Assembly (NCBI GenBank): GCA_951406725.2
Contig: OX597824.1
Coordinates: 69,998,001 to 70,062,000, forward strand
Source of the DNA: Octopus vulgaris
Lineage: Eukaryota
Direction: 5' to 3'
Length of the DNA stretch: 64,000 nt
Below are positions 30,480 through 44,203 of this stretch, piece by piece. Positions within the stretch are counted from its first letter, which is position 1. Every line of letters starts with the position of its first letter. A model generated the notes under the pieces. That model saw only the letters and a list, made by a program, of their open reading frames with translations, searched no databases and was not told the DNA's origin. Position numbers and translations under genes: made by a program.

Positions 30480-30935
30480 TTGACTTTTGATTTGTATTTG
30501 TACAAGTTGTCTCCAAGTCTCACCCAAATTAGAAGTTCTAATTGGTGTTATGGTTACGCTGCACAAAGAATTGTTCTAGAGAATATTTAAGAAAACAAGA
30601 AAATTATTATAAGTTTGTTTTAAGATATGAGATTATATAGACAGTATTTTACGTAGGATATAGGCAGTTCCCATGAACAGTATTTTTTGAATTTCTGCCA
30701 TTTTTAGATTTCCTAGTATCTGAGCTAGGTAGCAATCAGCCCATTTTCCTATCATTCCTAGGGCACCTATGACAACAGGTATCGTTTCTGTCTTGAGGTT
30801 CCATATTTTGCCAATTTCTATTTCAAAATCTTTATATTTGCTCAGCTTTTGGTAGGTCTTGACAGATATATTTATGTCAAGTGGGACAGTCAAATCGATG
30901 AGGAGGCATGATTTTTGTCTGAAGTCCTTCAATAT
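30480..30935 (-). pseudogene. R4/Dong-clade non-LTR retrotransposon 3' end (restriction-like endonuclease domain and 3' UTR)
   Basis: ORF 30633-30983: CLLIDLTVPLDINI...KLSKYKDFEIEIGKIWNLKTETIPVVIGALG, the typical R4-type REL C-terminus; followed by a (GAT/TAA)n tail. Confidence 0.85.
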
Positions 30936-30959
30936 ATTATTATTTTTTTTTTTTTTTTT

Positions 30960-31346
30960 TTCTTCTTTCAAATTTTCTTCCATTTCTTGCCGAGTGTCTT
31001 CCCGACTCCTAGGGCAAAGAAACTCATAGTGTATATTGGTAGGCCATTAAACCAAACTCAGTAGTTCGTTCATTTTTTTTTATTTTTTTTTTAAGTTAAA
31101 TTAAAATACATGAGCAGCAACAGTTCTCACATCGACAATGCTCTTCTCAATACGTGTGATGTACCAGTTAAGACAATCTTTTGCACTTCTTGCAGGGATG
31201 GTAAGCCAGGGATCATTCTCATATAATTTTCGGTTCCCTTCTTGATCATTCCTAGTGCTCCTACGATCACTGGTATTGTAACCGCCTTGAGATGCCACAT
31301 TTTCTCAATTTCAATGAGTAGGTCTTTATATTTTCTAAGCTTGTCA
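30960..31346 (-). pseudogene. Second, divergent R4/Dong-type 3' end
   Basis: Minus frame reads DKLRKYKDLLIEIEKMWHLKAVTIPVIVGALGMIKKG...VQKIVLTGTSHVLRRALSM* (stop at 31127-31129); abuts (TAA)n. Confidence 0.85.
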
Positions 31347-31348
31347 AA

Positions 31349-31408
<60 letters not shown>

Positions 31409-31420
31409 TTATTATTATTA

Positions 31421-31555
<135 letters not shown>

Positions 31556-31595
31556 ATTATTGTTGTTGTTGTTGTTATTATCATCATCATTATTA

Positions 31596-31950
31596 AGGTG
31601 GCTAGCTGACAGAATCGTTAGCACGCAGCATTTTGCCTGTCTCTACGTTCGTCAACATTGTCTTTCATCCTTTTGAGGTTGATGTAAGTGACTTACCCAC
31701 TGTCTCGAAACTATTGACTCTGTACCAAAATTTGAAATAGTTATCACTATTATTTAGGCAGTGAACTGGCAGAATCATTTGCGCATCGGACAATATGTGT
31801 AGCAGCATTTCTTGTGACTCTCTCCGTTTCTGAGTTCAAATGCCACCGAGGTTGACATCTTTCATCCTTTCGGAGTCGAAAAATAGGTACCCTAGGACTA
31901 CTGGGACCGATGTTATAGACTTAGCCATTCTCTTGAAGTTGTTGGCCTTA
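31596..31950 (+). mobile_element. Two old SINE C copies
   Basis: Heads AGGTGGCTAGCTGACAGAATC and AGGCAGTGAACTGGCAGAATC; CTTTCATCCTTT domain. Confidence 0.7.
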
Positions 31951-32428
31951 TGATTTATTAGTTATCTTATTTTGAGTCTATTCAAATTAGTTATATAATA
32001 GATTATACACAAGAAATAATGTATATATGAGTTTGAATATACATATGTGGGTGTATATAGACATAGATATAAGCATAAATGAAGTTAAGAAGTTTGCTTC
32101 CTAACCAAATTGTAATGGTATCGATCCTACTGTGTTGCAACTTGGGAATGTATGTATGTATGTATGTATGTATGTATGTATGTATGCATGCTTGTATTAT
32201 GTATGTGTATGTGCGTAAGTACGAGTGTACATTTGTATGTATGTATGTATGTATGTATGTATGTATGTATGTATGTATGTATGTATGTATGCATGCTTGT
32301 ATTATGTATGTGTATGTGCGTAAGTACGAGTGTACATTTGTATGTATGTGTGTATATATTATGTTTGTATATATTTATGCATATATTTAGACATGTAAGC
32401 ATGTATGTACGTGTGTATGTATACATGC

Positions 32429-32469
<41 letters not shown>

Positions 32470-32474
<5 letters not shown>

Positions 32475-32652
32475 GGAAAGTTTACGAAAATAAACAAAAG
32501 ACGAATGCAGGTGGTGTACAAACAAACAGATGTATTGTATTAGTATAGCGCTCAGGAATAGAAAGTCTTTTACGTTTCGAGCCTACGCTCTTCTACAGAA
32601 AGATACACAGAAAAAAACACGGAGAGAACAAAATGTGTGTAGTAGCTAACGA
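32470..32652 (-). mobile_element. Solo Penelope terminal-repeat fragment with a hammerhead-like motif (32567-32602)
   Basis: Homologous to 35943-36140. Minus strand reads cttt CTGTAGA a gagc gtag gctc GAAA cg TA aaag. Confidence 0.7.
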
Positions 32653-33514
32653 TATATATATATATATATATACTGTCCATTTTCAAGAGCAGTCGTTACT
32701 AATTACCTCTTTCAATAATCAGATTTCAATTTACCTGGAAAGAAACAATGCAGGTATTTATAAGAAAAGTTGTAATTTAATGCCTGCAAGCACCACTCCT
32801 GCCTAATCAACCCATGAAGTTTTCAGCCCACCTTCGTAGATAAACAGACTTATTTTCAAGGACATTCCAACCGCGACCCTCACAGCCCCCTCTCCCAAAA
32901 AATCTAATATAGACCACATTAACCAGCGAGTCCTTTCTATAAGTCGGCGAGTGTATGGTTTGAGAAAAAAAAATGTGGCTACTATTTCTAGCGGGCTCGA
33001 CTGACCACTTGGAGGAGGTACCCTGTAGTGGAGCTACCGCTAATGCTGGTGGTTGCGATGATGGTTACGGTGTTGGGTAGTGGATAATGTTTGTTGGTGA
33101 TGGGACTGGTATATTTCACATGTCAGCTGGCATGACCTTTTCCATACAGATTTTAAGGAACAAATTTTCCAGAGTTGATCTGACTCGGGCATTCGGATGT
33201 GACCTTTCTCCATTTTGTTTCCTTCCCACCTTTAGTTTTATTTATTTAGTCTTTTATTTATTTGTTTATTTTTTTTTCATTTTCTAAGGTTTGTTTTATT
33301 ATCTTTTAGCTCCAAAATACCTCCCGTCTGTCCATTCCTCCACCCTCTGAATTCACCATTAGCCCCATTCATTTTCCAGTGTCTCTTCGTCATTTATTTT
33401 GTTTTTGTGTCTTACGTTCTTTGCCCCTTCTCCAATACTCTCAAACAATCTGCCCACCCCCTCTTTTAAGGGGTCCCTTCTTTCTCACCTACGATTCACC
33501 TCCACATCAACACA

Positions 33515-33669
<155 letters not shown>

Positions 33670-33774
33670 TAATCTATCTATTTGTTTCCCGTCTTTACAT
33701 ACATCTCAGCACGTATATATAGCAAGTTAGATATCTATCAACCTATTTATCTTTTTATATATATCACCATATAC

Positions 33775-33818
<44 letters not shown>

Positions 33819-33895
33819 CCGTTTCTTGTGTTCTTTTTATTCATTCTTGAGATATATATATATTTCTATATATATAGTGATTGATAAAGATATAC

Positions 33896-33932
<37 letters not shown>

Positions 33933-34789
33933 CATACATACATACATACATACATACATACATACATACATACATACATACATACATACATACATACATA
34001 CATACATACATACATACATACATACATACATACATACATACATACATACATACATACATACAAACTAACTTACTTACATAGGAATGACTTGATGAAGTAC
34101 CATGTCCGAAAAGTCATAATTGACTCCACTTCTCCATGTGTCAAATTATCAATTTTGATCGTGTACTTATCCTACTGTCTTGTTTTTTATAGATTTTTAT
34201 AGTCAAATTCTCTTCCCATATTCTATATACATTCTCTTTCTTTCATTCTCTCTTTCTTTCTCTCTTTCTTTCTTTCTTTCACTCCCTATATATCCTATGT
34301 AAATGTACGTGTATCTGAGTATCATATATAGATATGTATATTATTTTAGTGTGTTAACATATGTATGTATACAGACATATCCACAAACAAGCATATATAA
34401 GTTAACAAAGATACACACACATAAATATATAGATATGTGTATATGTCTATATATATTTGAATTTGAGTATTATTGTAATATATATACATACGTACATATA
34501 TACAGACATATATATTTATGTGTGTGATATTTTGTACTAATTGGTATACGTTGATTAGTGTGTTACTCGACTGGCAAATGACAACATGAACGCTTAAAGT
34601 CAAGATCTTTCGCAAGACACTTTATGTATGGACGAACCTGATTTGACCAGACTGCAAAATAGATGCAACACATGTTGCAGGAAATCCAACTCATAAAGGA
34701 AAATAGCCGAAACGATGTATGTATGTATGTATGTATGTATGTATGTATGTATGTATGTATGTATGTATGTATGTATGTATGTATGTATG

Positions 34790-34992
34790 TACTTGTTTGT
34801 CTGTGTTTGTCCTTCCACCATTGCTTGACAACAGTTGTTGGCGTGATTACGTGCCCGTGACTTAGCGGTTCGGCAAAAGAGAAAGATAGAATATATACAA
34901 GGCTTATAAAGAAAAAGTGCTGGTGTCGATTTGTTCGACTAAAGGCGATGCTCCAGCATGACCGCTGTCAAACGACTGAAACAAGTAAAAGA
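34790..34992 (+). mobile_element. SINE family B, 3' half
   Basis: TTGCTTGACAAC...CTTAGCGGTTCGGCAAAAGAG...GAAACAAGTAAAAG. Confidence 0.8.
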
Positions 34993-35029
<37 letters not shown>

Positions 35030-35059
35030 CATGCATGTATGTATGTATGTATGTATGTA

Positions 35060-36140
35060 GAACACCTTCGTGACATCCACCTTGCGAACGACACACCGGT
35101 CTCACGCCATTTCCGCTCCACCGGTCACTCCTTGCAACACCTATCTGTGTTCGGTTTGTCCTTACACAGAGGCCATCCGGATTCCCGTTTGCGCCGTGAA
35201 CAGGAATTAATCTTCTCTCTTCGCTCTTATACGCCATTTGGTCTCAACTCTCCCCCCTCCTCATCTACCCCCCTCTCCCCCCTCCTCACCTACATTTCCC
35301 CCCCGACCCCTACTTCTTCAGTCCTTCATCCTTTCACCCCTACTCCCCTTCCCTTCTCCCTCTTTCTCCCTCCCTCCTTCCCTCTTCCCCTTCCCTCTGC
35401 TCCCTCACTCCCCTTCTCTCTCCCCCTCTCCCTCTTTCCTCCTTCCTCCTCCCCTTCCTTCTCTCCCCTCTCCCCCTCCCCTCCCCCTCTTCTCCTCTTC
35501 CCCCCTCTTCCCCCCTCTTCTCCTCTCTCCACACTACACCACACGACTTTACACATCACATCATATATGATGTGCCATACTAATACATACACCAACTAAT
35601 ACATACTAATACGTACTAATACATACTAATACATACTAATACATACACCAACCCAATACATACACACGTCCAGACCTCTCATACGCACTAATACTCTCTC
35701 ATACACACACACACACACACACCCTTATACATACTAATACATACTAATACATACACCAACCCTATACATACACACGTCCAGACCTCTCATACGCACTAAT
35801 ACTCTCTCATACACACACACACACCCTCATATTGGAGCTGGTCATTCAACCCTATTATCAACCCTATTATCTCCCCTTATTTCGCTCTCGCGTCTCATGT
35901 TTGATCTTTGACCTCTGGCCGAAATCAGATCGCCATGTTGATTCGTTAGTTACTGCACGCATTTTTTTCTCTCCTTCTTTCTGTGTTTTTTTCTCTCTGT
36001 GTATCTTTCTGTTGAAGAGCGTAGGCTCGAAACGTTAAAGAATTGTTTTATTTATATTTCCTGAGCGCCATACTAATACAATTGTTTGTTTGTTTTCCAC
36101 CTGCCTTCGTCTTTTGTCTATTGTCATAAAGCTTCCCGTT
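35060..36140 (+). mobile_element. 5'-truncated Penelope-like element: GIY-YIG endonuclease C-terminus (35060-35248) plus 3' region
   Basis: EHLRDIHLANDTPVSRHFRSTGHS...RLRREQELIFSLRSYTPFGLN fits the PLE GIY-YIG pattern (EH..., V..HF...H, E...I..L....P.GLN). Downstream are a pyrimidine tract, small tandem repeats and a hammerhead-like motif. Confidence 0.85.
36005..36040 (+). ncRNA. Variant minimal hammerhead-like motif in the Penelope terminal repeat
   Basis: cttt CTGTTGA a gagc gtag gctc GAAA cg TT aaag; A6 is replaced by U and there is an extra A after A9. Confidence 0.55.
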
Positions 36141-36365
36141 ATGTACGTATGTATGTATGTATGTATGTACGTATTGTTGTACTTCGGGATGTTTATTTAA
36201 TTTATTATTACTCATTTTTTAGCAAATAAACACACGTACTATATATCCGTTCTTGACTAGTTTATTGCTGTCCTTATATTTTGTCCACTGTCTAGAAATC
36301 TTTCGTTACACCTTTTCAGCGGCCCTTTTTGTCCACACGTATCCTCCTGCTCCACTTAGTCCATT

Positions 36366-36427
<62 letters not shown>

Positions 36428-36566
36428 ATTAATACAGCATTTGCCCTGTCCGTGTGAGCTAACAGTCGTACTGGCTTTCATGGGAAACATGTATTTTCGT
36501 GGTTGAAACCTTTTGGATTAACTGGTGCTAGAGTGAGCAATATAGTGACCACTCTCTTATATTTAT

Positions 36567-36605
<39 letters not shown>

Positions 36606-36853
36606 CATATATATATTTAATGTTGGATAAAAAAATTTTTCGAAAAAAATTTTATCAATGGCCAGCATATTAAAAAAATACCTTTAAAGGTTAAAATTAT
36701 AACCAACTTATAAATAAGGGCAAACGAAAAAATTTCTAATGCCAAATATGCCGAAAATTGGACATATTGTCCATTACCATATAATTTTTCACAATACGCA
36801 CGCTACTCGAAAAAAATCCGACAGAAATTTCTAAAAAATGCCATTATTAACAT

Positions 36854-36904
36854 ATCGGACCGATTTCAGGGTTAGTTCGTAAGAACCCTCCCTTCGTCAG
36901 TGAT
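36854..36904 (-). ncRNA. Type I hammerhead ribozyme motif
   Basis: Minus strand reads atca CTGACGA aggg..gttc ttac gaac..ccct GAAA tcgg TC cgat; core intact, one mismatch in stem I next to the cleavage site. Confidence 0.7.
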
Positions 36905-36977
36905 AAATGTGGCAAAGAAATAAATGAGATACTTACTCATACCCATGGAAGAAGTTATATAAGTTATATATAAGTTT

Positions 36978-37019
<42 letters not shown>

Positions 37020-37023
37020 CGAT

Positions 37024-37107
<84 letters not shown>

Positions 37108-37286
37108 TGTTGTGTCTGGGGAGAGTCATTTTCTTTTTGTGCCTTATCATGTAATACACTCACCGCTAAAATTTTCACTTTTTTCTTATTTTTATTTTCC
37201 TAAAATTTTCCTTGCGTCTTGCAACCTTTTCAATAGTTTTGACATTATAAGGCACAAAAAGAAAATGACTCTCCCCAGACACAACA
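37108..37286. repeat. Perfect 40-bp inverted repeat with a 99-bp spacer
   Basis: TGTTGTGTCTGGGGAGAGTCATTTTCTTTTTGTGCCTTAT at 37108-37147; reverse complement at 37247-37286. Confidence 0.9.
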
Positions 37287-38169
37287 CAATATGCTTCAAC
37301 ACACAAACTCATATAAAGAATCTTGGAAACCAAATCCCAAAACGCATATATATATATATATATATATGACGATCTTTCTCCGCCCACCAAATCCACTCGC
37401 AAGGCTTCGGTCGGCCCCGAGGCTATAGTAGAAAGCAGTCGCCCATGGTGCACGCAGTGAAACTGAATCCAGAACCATGTAGCTGGGAAGCAAGGTTTCT
37501 TACCATAAAACCACTCCTGCGTGTTCACTTTTCTGGTTCCTCTTTTTGTTCTTGTATGTTTGTATGTGTTTTATCCGGGATACTCTGCCTGTTCTTACTT
37601 TCATTGCAGTCTTGACTTATTACTTCTTTCTATCTCCCTTCTTTTACCCCCCTTTTCTGATGAATTGTAGTTCCCCTAAGCACTATATTACAATAAACTC
37701 ACTATTCATTGTACCAGCTCTTACAATTATGCCCGAAGTTTGATCCACTTTCCAGAAACTCCTCTACGCCGCCAAGCTTCTCACATCCCTTTTCTGGTGA
37801 CCTGTTATTATTTTTTTTTTTTTAGAATTTTTGTCCTTGTAGAAGCGGGGAAGCTACATCCCACCTCCGTAGAATCACTATCACTATCAACATACACACA
37901 CCCTTCAATGCCCACTCTCTGTCCCTCTCTGTCATCTTCCTTTCCCATTCTCCCTCCCTCCCCTCTGTCTCTCCTCTTGCCTCTCTCTCTCTCTCTTTCC
38001 TCCTCCCCACTCTCTTTCCCAGGATCTAGTACCACTCCCACATTCCAGATTCTCAATTAAGTTCCCATTAGAATGAAAAATCTTCCTTCTACCATCAATG
38101 TCTGTTCGAGTGTTCCACTTTTCATCCCATCTTCTTCGTCCTTCTCTCTCTCTTTCTTTCTCTCTCTGC

Positions 38170-38200
<31 letters not shown>

Positions 38201-38411
38201 ATTCTCTCACTTCCAGACACCTTGTATCCCCTGAATTTACTTTTACCACCCACGCATTGATCGACGACACTAAACATGAAAAACCACGTCACTACACACA
38301 CGCACGCGCGCGCTCACGTACTCCCCCCCCCCATACACACACAGGCACACACGCACTTCTGTAAATGTATGTTAGTACGTATGTATATATGAATGTATGT
38401 ATGTATGTCTG

Positions 38412-38487
<76 letters not shown>

Positions 38488-38491
<4 letters not shown>

Positions 38492-38640
38492 CTGTGTGAT
38501 AAGTAGCTTGTCTACCAGCCACATGATTCCGGGTTCAGTCCCACTGCGTGGCATCTTGGTCAAGTGTCGTCTGCTATAGCCTCGGGCCGACCAATGCCTT
38601 GTGAGTGGATTTGGTAGACGGAAACTGAAAGAAGCCTGTC

Positions 38641-38696
<56 letters not shown>

Positions 38697-38920
38697 GTGT
38701 GTATATGTTTGTGTGTCTGTGTTTGTCCCTCTAGCATTGCTTGACAACCGATGCTGGTGTGTTTACGTCCCTGTCACTTAGCTTTTCGGCAAAAGAGACC
38801 GATAGAATAAGTACTGGGCTTACAAAGAATAAGTCCCGGGGTCGATTTGCTCGACTAAAGGCGGTGCTCCGGCATGGCCGCAGTCAAATGACTGAAACAA
38901 GTAAAAGAGAGTAAAAGAGA

Positions 38921-38921
<1 letters not shown>
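38488..38921 (+). mobile_element. SINE family B, near full length
   Basis: Close match to 23685-24130. Confidence 0.9.
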
Positions 38922-38960
<39 letters not shown>

Positions 38961-39750
38961 AAGGTAGTGCCCCAGCATAGCCGCAGTCTATGAATGAAAC
39001 AAGTAAAAGATAAAGATGTAAGATAAAAGATATATGAGTGAGTATGTATGTATATATGTATGTATGCGAGTATGTGTGTGTATGCATGTATGTATGTATG
39101 TATGTATGTATGTATGTATGTATGTATGTATGTATGTATGTATGTATGTATGTATGTATGTATGTGAGTATGTGTATGCTTGTGTGTATATGTGTGCATG
39201 TATGTGTGTGTGTGCGTACATATGTGCTTGTGTGTCTGTCTGTCTCTATGTATGTATGTATGTATGTATATGTGTATGTATGTGCTAAAATGCTCTTGGC
39301 TTTAAAGGTTTCGCGAAACGGCAGGCTGGAGGCCCACTCTTCCAAATTCTTTTACCGTACTTAGAGAATCTGAAGGACCGCTGCAATACGTGTGTGAATC
39401 TGTGAGCAGAATATGTTGAATAAAATCATATTCAACTGAGTCTTCTGTTTTCTTTTTCCCAAAATCAGGAACTTTTCAGCGCTCCCTAGTATATATAATG
39501 AGTATCCATCCGATTTCCATCTACGAAACTCACTTAAAAGTCTTTGGTAACCCCTGGAATGTGACGCACCAAAGCTACATGGTTGCCAAATACACTTCCT
39601 AAAAGCACAGCTCAGTTTGCGTCAATCTGCATGTGTGTGTGTGTCCTCCCCTCCTCCTCCTCCTCCTCCTCCTCATCATCATCATCATCATCATCATCAC
39701 CACAATCACCACTACCACCACCACCACCAGCATTATAGTCGTTGTTGTTA

Positions 39751-39794
<44 letters not shown>

Positions 39795-39820
39795 ACAGAT
39801 ATATATATATACATACACAC

Positions 39821-39860
<40 letters not shown>

Positions 39861-40176
39861 ACCAGCTTAGAGAAGAAGAAACGAAACGAAACCAAACGAA
39901 TCGAATCGACGCGAAGGCGCTCAGTCATACAATAGTGTAATAAATAAAATATATGCATACATACAAACATATATGTACGTACCTACATCTACATGTATAT
40001 ATACATGCATATATAAATATATATACGTGTGTTCAGGACACCACAAATAGACGTAGAACTCAACGAGAAACGAAAACGTAAAAACAGCATGGAACGGACC
40101 ATTCCTTTAACAACGAAAAAGCAGAGTACCAGACAACTACACAAGGAAAAATCCCCTTCATCAGCCGTCCCTTATA

Positions 40177-40261
<85 letters not shown>

Positions 40262-40277
40262 GCATGTGTGTGTGTGT

Positions 40278-40309
<32 letters not shown>

Positions 40310-40515
40310 ATACATACATATATATGTGTGTATGCATACATACGACGATATTCTTTCAGTTTCCGTCTATCAAATCCAATCAGAATGCTTTGGTCGGCGC
40401 GCGGCAATAATAGAAGACAAGACACTTGTTCAAGATGCCACGTAGCGGGACTAAACCCGGAACCATGTTTGGGAAGCAAGCTTCTTACCACACACCCATG
40501 CCATATATATGTAGA

Positions 40516-40575
<60 letters not shown>

Positions 40576-40614
40576 CAGAGAGACAGACAGACAGACAGAC
40601 AGATAGACAGGCGA

Positions 40615-40690
<76 letters not shown>

Positions 40691-41524
40691 TTTACCCTAC
40701 ATATTGTGCGTGACCTAGAGTGTATCGCGTTCCTCCCTTCAGGTCACACGCCATAGTTCTAAAATATATTCGAACCTACCGATTACATCTTCAGGCAGGT
40801 TATACATATTTTGATCCACGAACCAAATTTCATTATGTTTAAGCCGGGACTGTGAACTGAAGAAACTTGCTCAAGGCGACGCATTCTGGGATCGAACATG
40901 TCACCACAAGCTTTGAAGGAAACCTTTTTTGAACACTCGGTCATACCTTCTCTCATTCTTTCTTTTCCTCCCTCTCTCTTTTGCTCTGTTTCTCTATCTC
41001 TGTCTCTGTTCATCTATCTCTTTATATCTGTCTCTCTCTAACTCTTTCTCTGTTCTCCTCCCCCACATCAAATAATGACCTCTTGTACAACAAGCAAGGG
41101 TACCGTTCTCCTACACACCCTTATGCCATTCCAGAGTTTTGGCACCTCGCCCATCCCATTTGTTTATTTATTTTTTTCCATGTTTTCGTTTCTTTTTCTT
41201 CTATATTAATTCCTTGTTCTTTCCTAATGTTCTTTACTAAATTCTCTCTCTCTTTCTCTTTCTTCCTCTTCCTCTCTCAATCCCTCTCTCTCTCTCTCTC
41301 TCTCTCTCTGCTCCCCCCTCTCCCTCTCTCAGTCCCCGCTCTCTCTCTCCTTTTTCTCTTTCACCCTCTCTCCCTGTGTGAATGTCTATCTATTACACTA
41401 CATCCCTATCTCCATCTTTCAAATTTCTTCACTGACGTCCTCCTCCTCCCCCTCCTCCTCCTCCTCATCATCATCATCATTATCATCATCTTCATCATCA
41501 CCACCACCACCAGCATTACAGTCG

Positions 41525-41579
<55 letters not shown>

Positions 41580-41590
41580 TATTACCATTA

Positions 41591-41628
<38 letters not shown>

Positions 41629-42385
41629 GTTATTATTATTATTATTATTATTGTTATTATTATTATTTAAAAGCATTATTTTGAAAGAAGCCATTACTAT
41701 TATTATCCTTATCATCACGATCATCATATTCACCATCCCCACAACCACCAACACCACCACCACCACCTCCACTAGCAACAACAATACAACCACCGCTAAC
41801 ACAACTACCACCACCACTACGACCGCCACACGCACACACACAAACACACACACACACACACACATCCACTTCCTCTCCCCCCAAAATGTCGTCCGTGTTA
41901 CTATTTGCTTTCCGAACCGTGTCCTTCAACACACCGCGCCCCCTGTGCTCTTTAGCTATTTTCTTAATATTTGTTTTGTTTTTGTTTGGTTTTGGTTTTT
42001 GTATGTTTCTTTTTCGTGCCCACCCCCGCCTAACATTTCTTTTCTACCACCCTGCTCTCATCTCTAATTTGGTTCATAATTTCGTTCTGATGATACGAAC
42101 ACGTGTATCGTGTGGTCGTTTGTATGTTTATGTGTTTGCGCATGTGTTTGCGCATTTGTGTGTATGTGTGCGCACAGAGAGGGGAAGAGGTTCTCTTTAA
42201 GGACTCTCTCTCACCCCCCCCACTCTCTCTCTCTCTCTCCCTTTCTCTCTCTCTCTCTGAGGACCCTATTCCTTTATAAGTTGCAATCTGCCTTCTGTCT
42301 TGTAGTAAGAGTTACTTCTACTCGTGTAAATGTTTCAGGGTTTGCCCTTTGCTGTTTTTCCTTCTAATTATGTTGCTGCTGCTGT

Positions 42386-42417
<32 letters not shown>

Positions 42418-42559
42418 TTGTTGTTGTTGTTGTTGCTATTGTTGTTGTTGTTGTTTTAGACCCAGATCTGCCCCTCATCCAGCAGACCTCTATGCTCGAT
42501 GGTATTATACCAGTGACAAATCCATCATTTTATAATTTTAATTTTCTTTGTCTTTCCCA

Positions 42560-42896
42560 GGCGTGCCTGCGTGGTAAGGAGTTTGTTTCCAAAACACATA
42601 GTTCCGGGTTCAGTCCCTTGGACAAGTGCCTTCTACTATAACCTAACGCAGACCAAACCCTTGTGAGTGGATTTAGTAGACGGAAACTGAAAGAAGCCCG
42701 TCGTATATGTGTGTGTATGTGTCTGTTGTTCCCAACCACTGATCGATAACCGTGTTGGAGTGATTACATCTCCGTAACTTTATGCTTCGGCAAAAGATAT
42801 CGATTGAATATGTACCAGATATTAATGGGTACTGGGTTCGATTCATTCAACTAAGCATAGCTGCAGTCTGAGTGAAACAAGTAAAAGATAAAAGAT
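42560..42896 (+). mobile_element. SINE family B, diverged
   Basis: GTTCCGGGTTCAGTCCC and GACGGAAACTGAAAGAAGCCCGTCG motifs. Confidence 0.8.
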
Positions 42897-43255
42897 ACCA
42901 AATACCAAGAACTACGGTACTCATTGTCACTTTCCTACACTTTTCCAAGGTATTAAGATAATAATTTGAGGAGAATTTAGCTGCTATTTTGGTTGTCGTG
43001 TAGTACCAGGTCAGCCATGATTGAGTAGTGGCTACATAATTATTCGACAGAAGGACGATCAAATGTTCCCAGTAATTATGTACGTGTGTATCTATATGTG
43101 TGGGAGTGCGTGTGTGTGTGTGTGAGTGAGTGAGTATGTGTGTGTGCGAATGTGTTGGTGAGTGTATGTGTCACTGTTCAAGTCACTCGTGCAAATGAAA
43201 GAAATGAATGCGTACGTGTATGGGCAAGTGAGTGTGTGCGCATGTGCATGAATGA

Positions 43256-43287
<32 letters not shown>

Positions 43288-43369
43288 GTGTGCGACCGCG
43301 TTTTTCACTGTTCAACAGCAAAAACTAAACATTAAAGAAGTAAAAAATTTATACGGAACTTGCCTTCTT

Positions 43370-43827
43370 TTTCCTTTACTTGTTTTAGTCATTTGACTGC
43401 GGCCATGCTGGAGCACCGCCTTTTTTAGTCGAGCAAATCGACCCCAGGACTTATTCTTTGTAAGCCTAGTACTTATTCTATGGGTCTCTTTTGCCGAACT
43501 GCTAGGTTACGGGGACGTAAACACACCAGCACCGGTTGTCAAGCGATGTAGGGGGCACAAACACAAACCCACAAACATATACACACACATACATATATAT
43601 ATATATACATATATATACGGCAAACACAGACACACGTCGTATATATGTATATATATATATATGTGTGTGTGTGTATATGTTTGTGTGTCTGTGTTTGTTC
43701 CCCCAACATCGCTTGACAACCGATGGTGGTGTGTTTACGTCCCCGTAACTTAGCAGTTCGGCAAAAGAGACCGATAGAATAAATACTAGGCTTACAAAGA
43801 ATAAGTCATGGGGTCGATTTGCTCGAC

Positions 43828-43829
<2 letters not shown>
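43370..43829. mobile_element. Fold-back pair of SINE B 3' halves
   Basis: 43426-43619 and 43638-43829 are reverse complements separated by 18 bp. Confidence 0.9.
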
Positions 43830-43870
<41 letters not shown>

Positions 43871-44127
43871 TTTCTCACACATATTTTCTCTCTGTCTCAC
43901 TTCCTCCTCACCCACTACTACGAAACTATAAAAAGGTTCAAACTACCCACAACTGATTTGATTTGAAAACCCACTAGAATGGGAGCAAGCGCTAATCCAA
44001 ATGATATGATATATATGTAAAAAATGTAATATATAAATAAATATCTACAAATATGAACCATCTGATCTGATTACCTCAATTTTTCTAATATATAATACCT
44101 GTACATCATCTCCAAACCTTCCGATAG

Positions 44128-44203
<76 letters not shown>

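Noticed and set aside
32148-32350. ~100-bp tandem duplication within (TATG)n
   Set aside because: Ordinary slippage or unequal exchange in a microsatellite.
33019-33040. miR-10-like seed TACCCTGTAG
   Set aside because: Only 10 nt match and no precursor hairpin.
36290-36325. Minus-strand CTGAAAA...GAAA gatt TC motif
   Set aside because: G8 is missing and there is no stem I; too degenerate to call.
40090-40170. Minus-strand CTGATGA hammerhead candidate
   Set aside because: No correctly placed GAAA or UH cleavage site.
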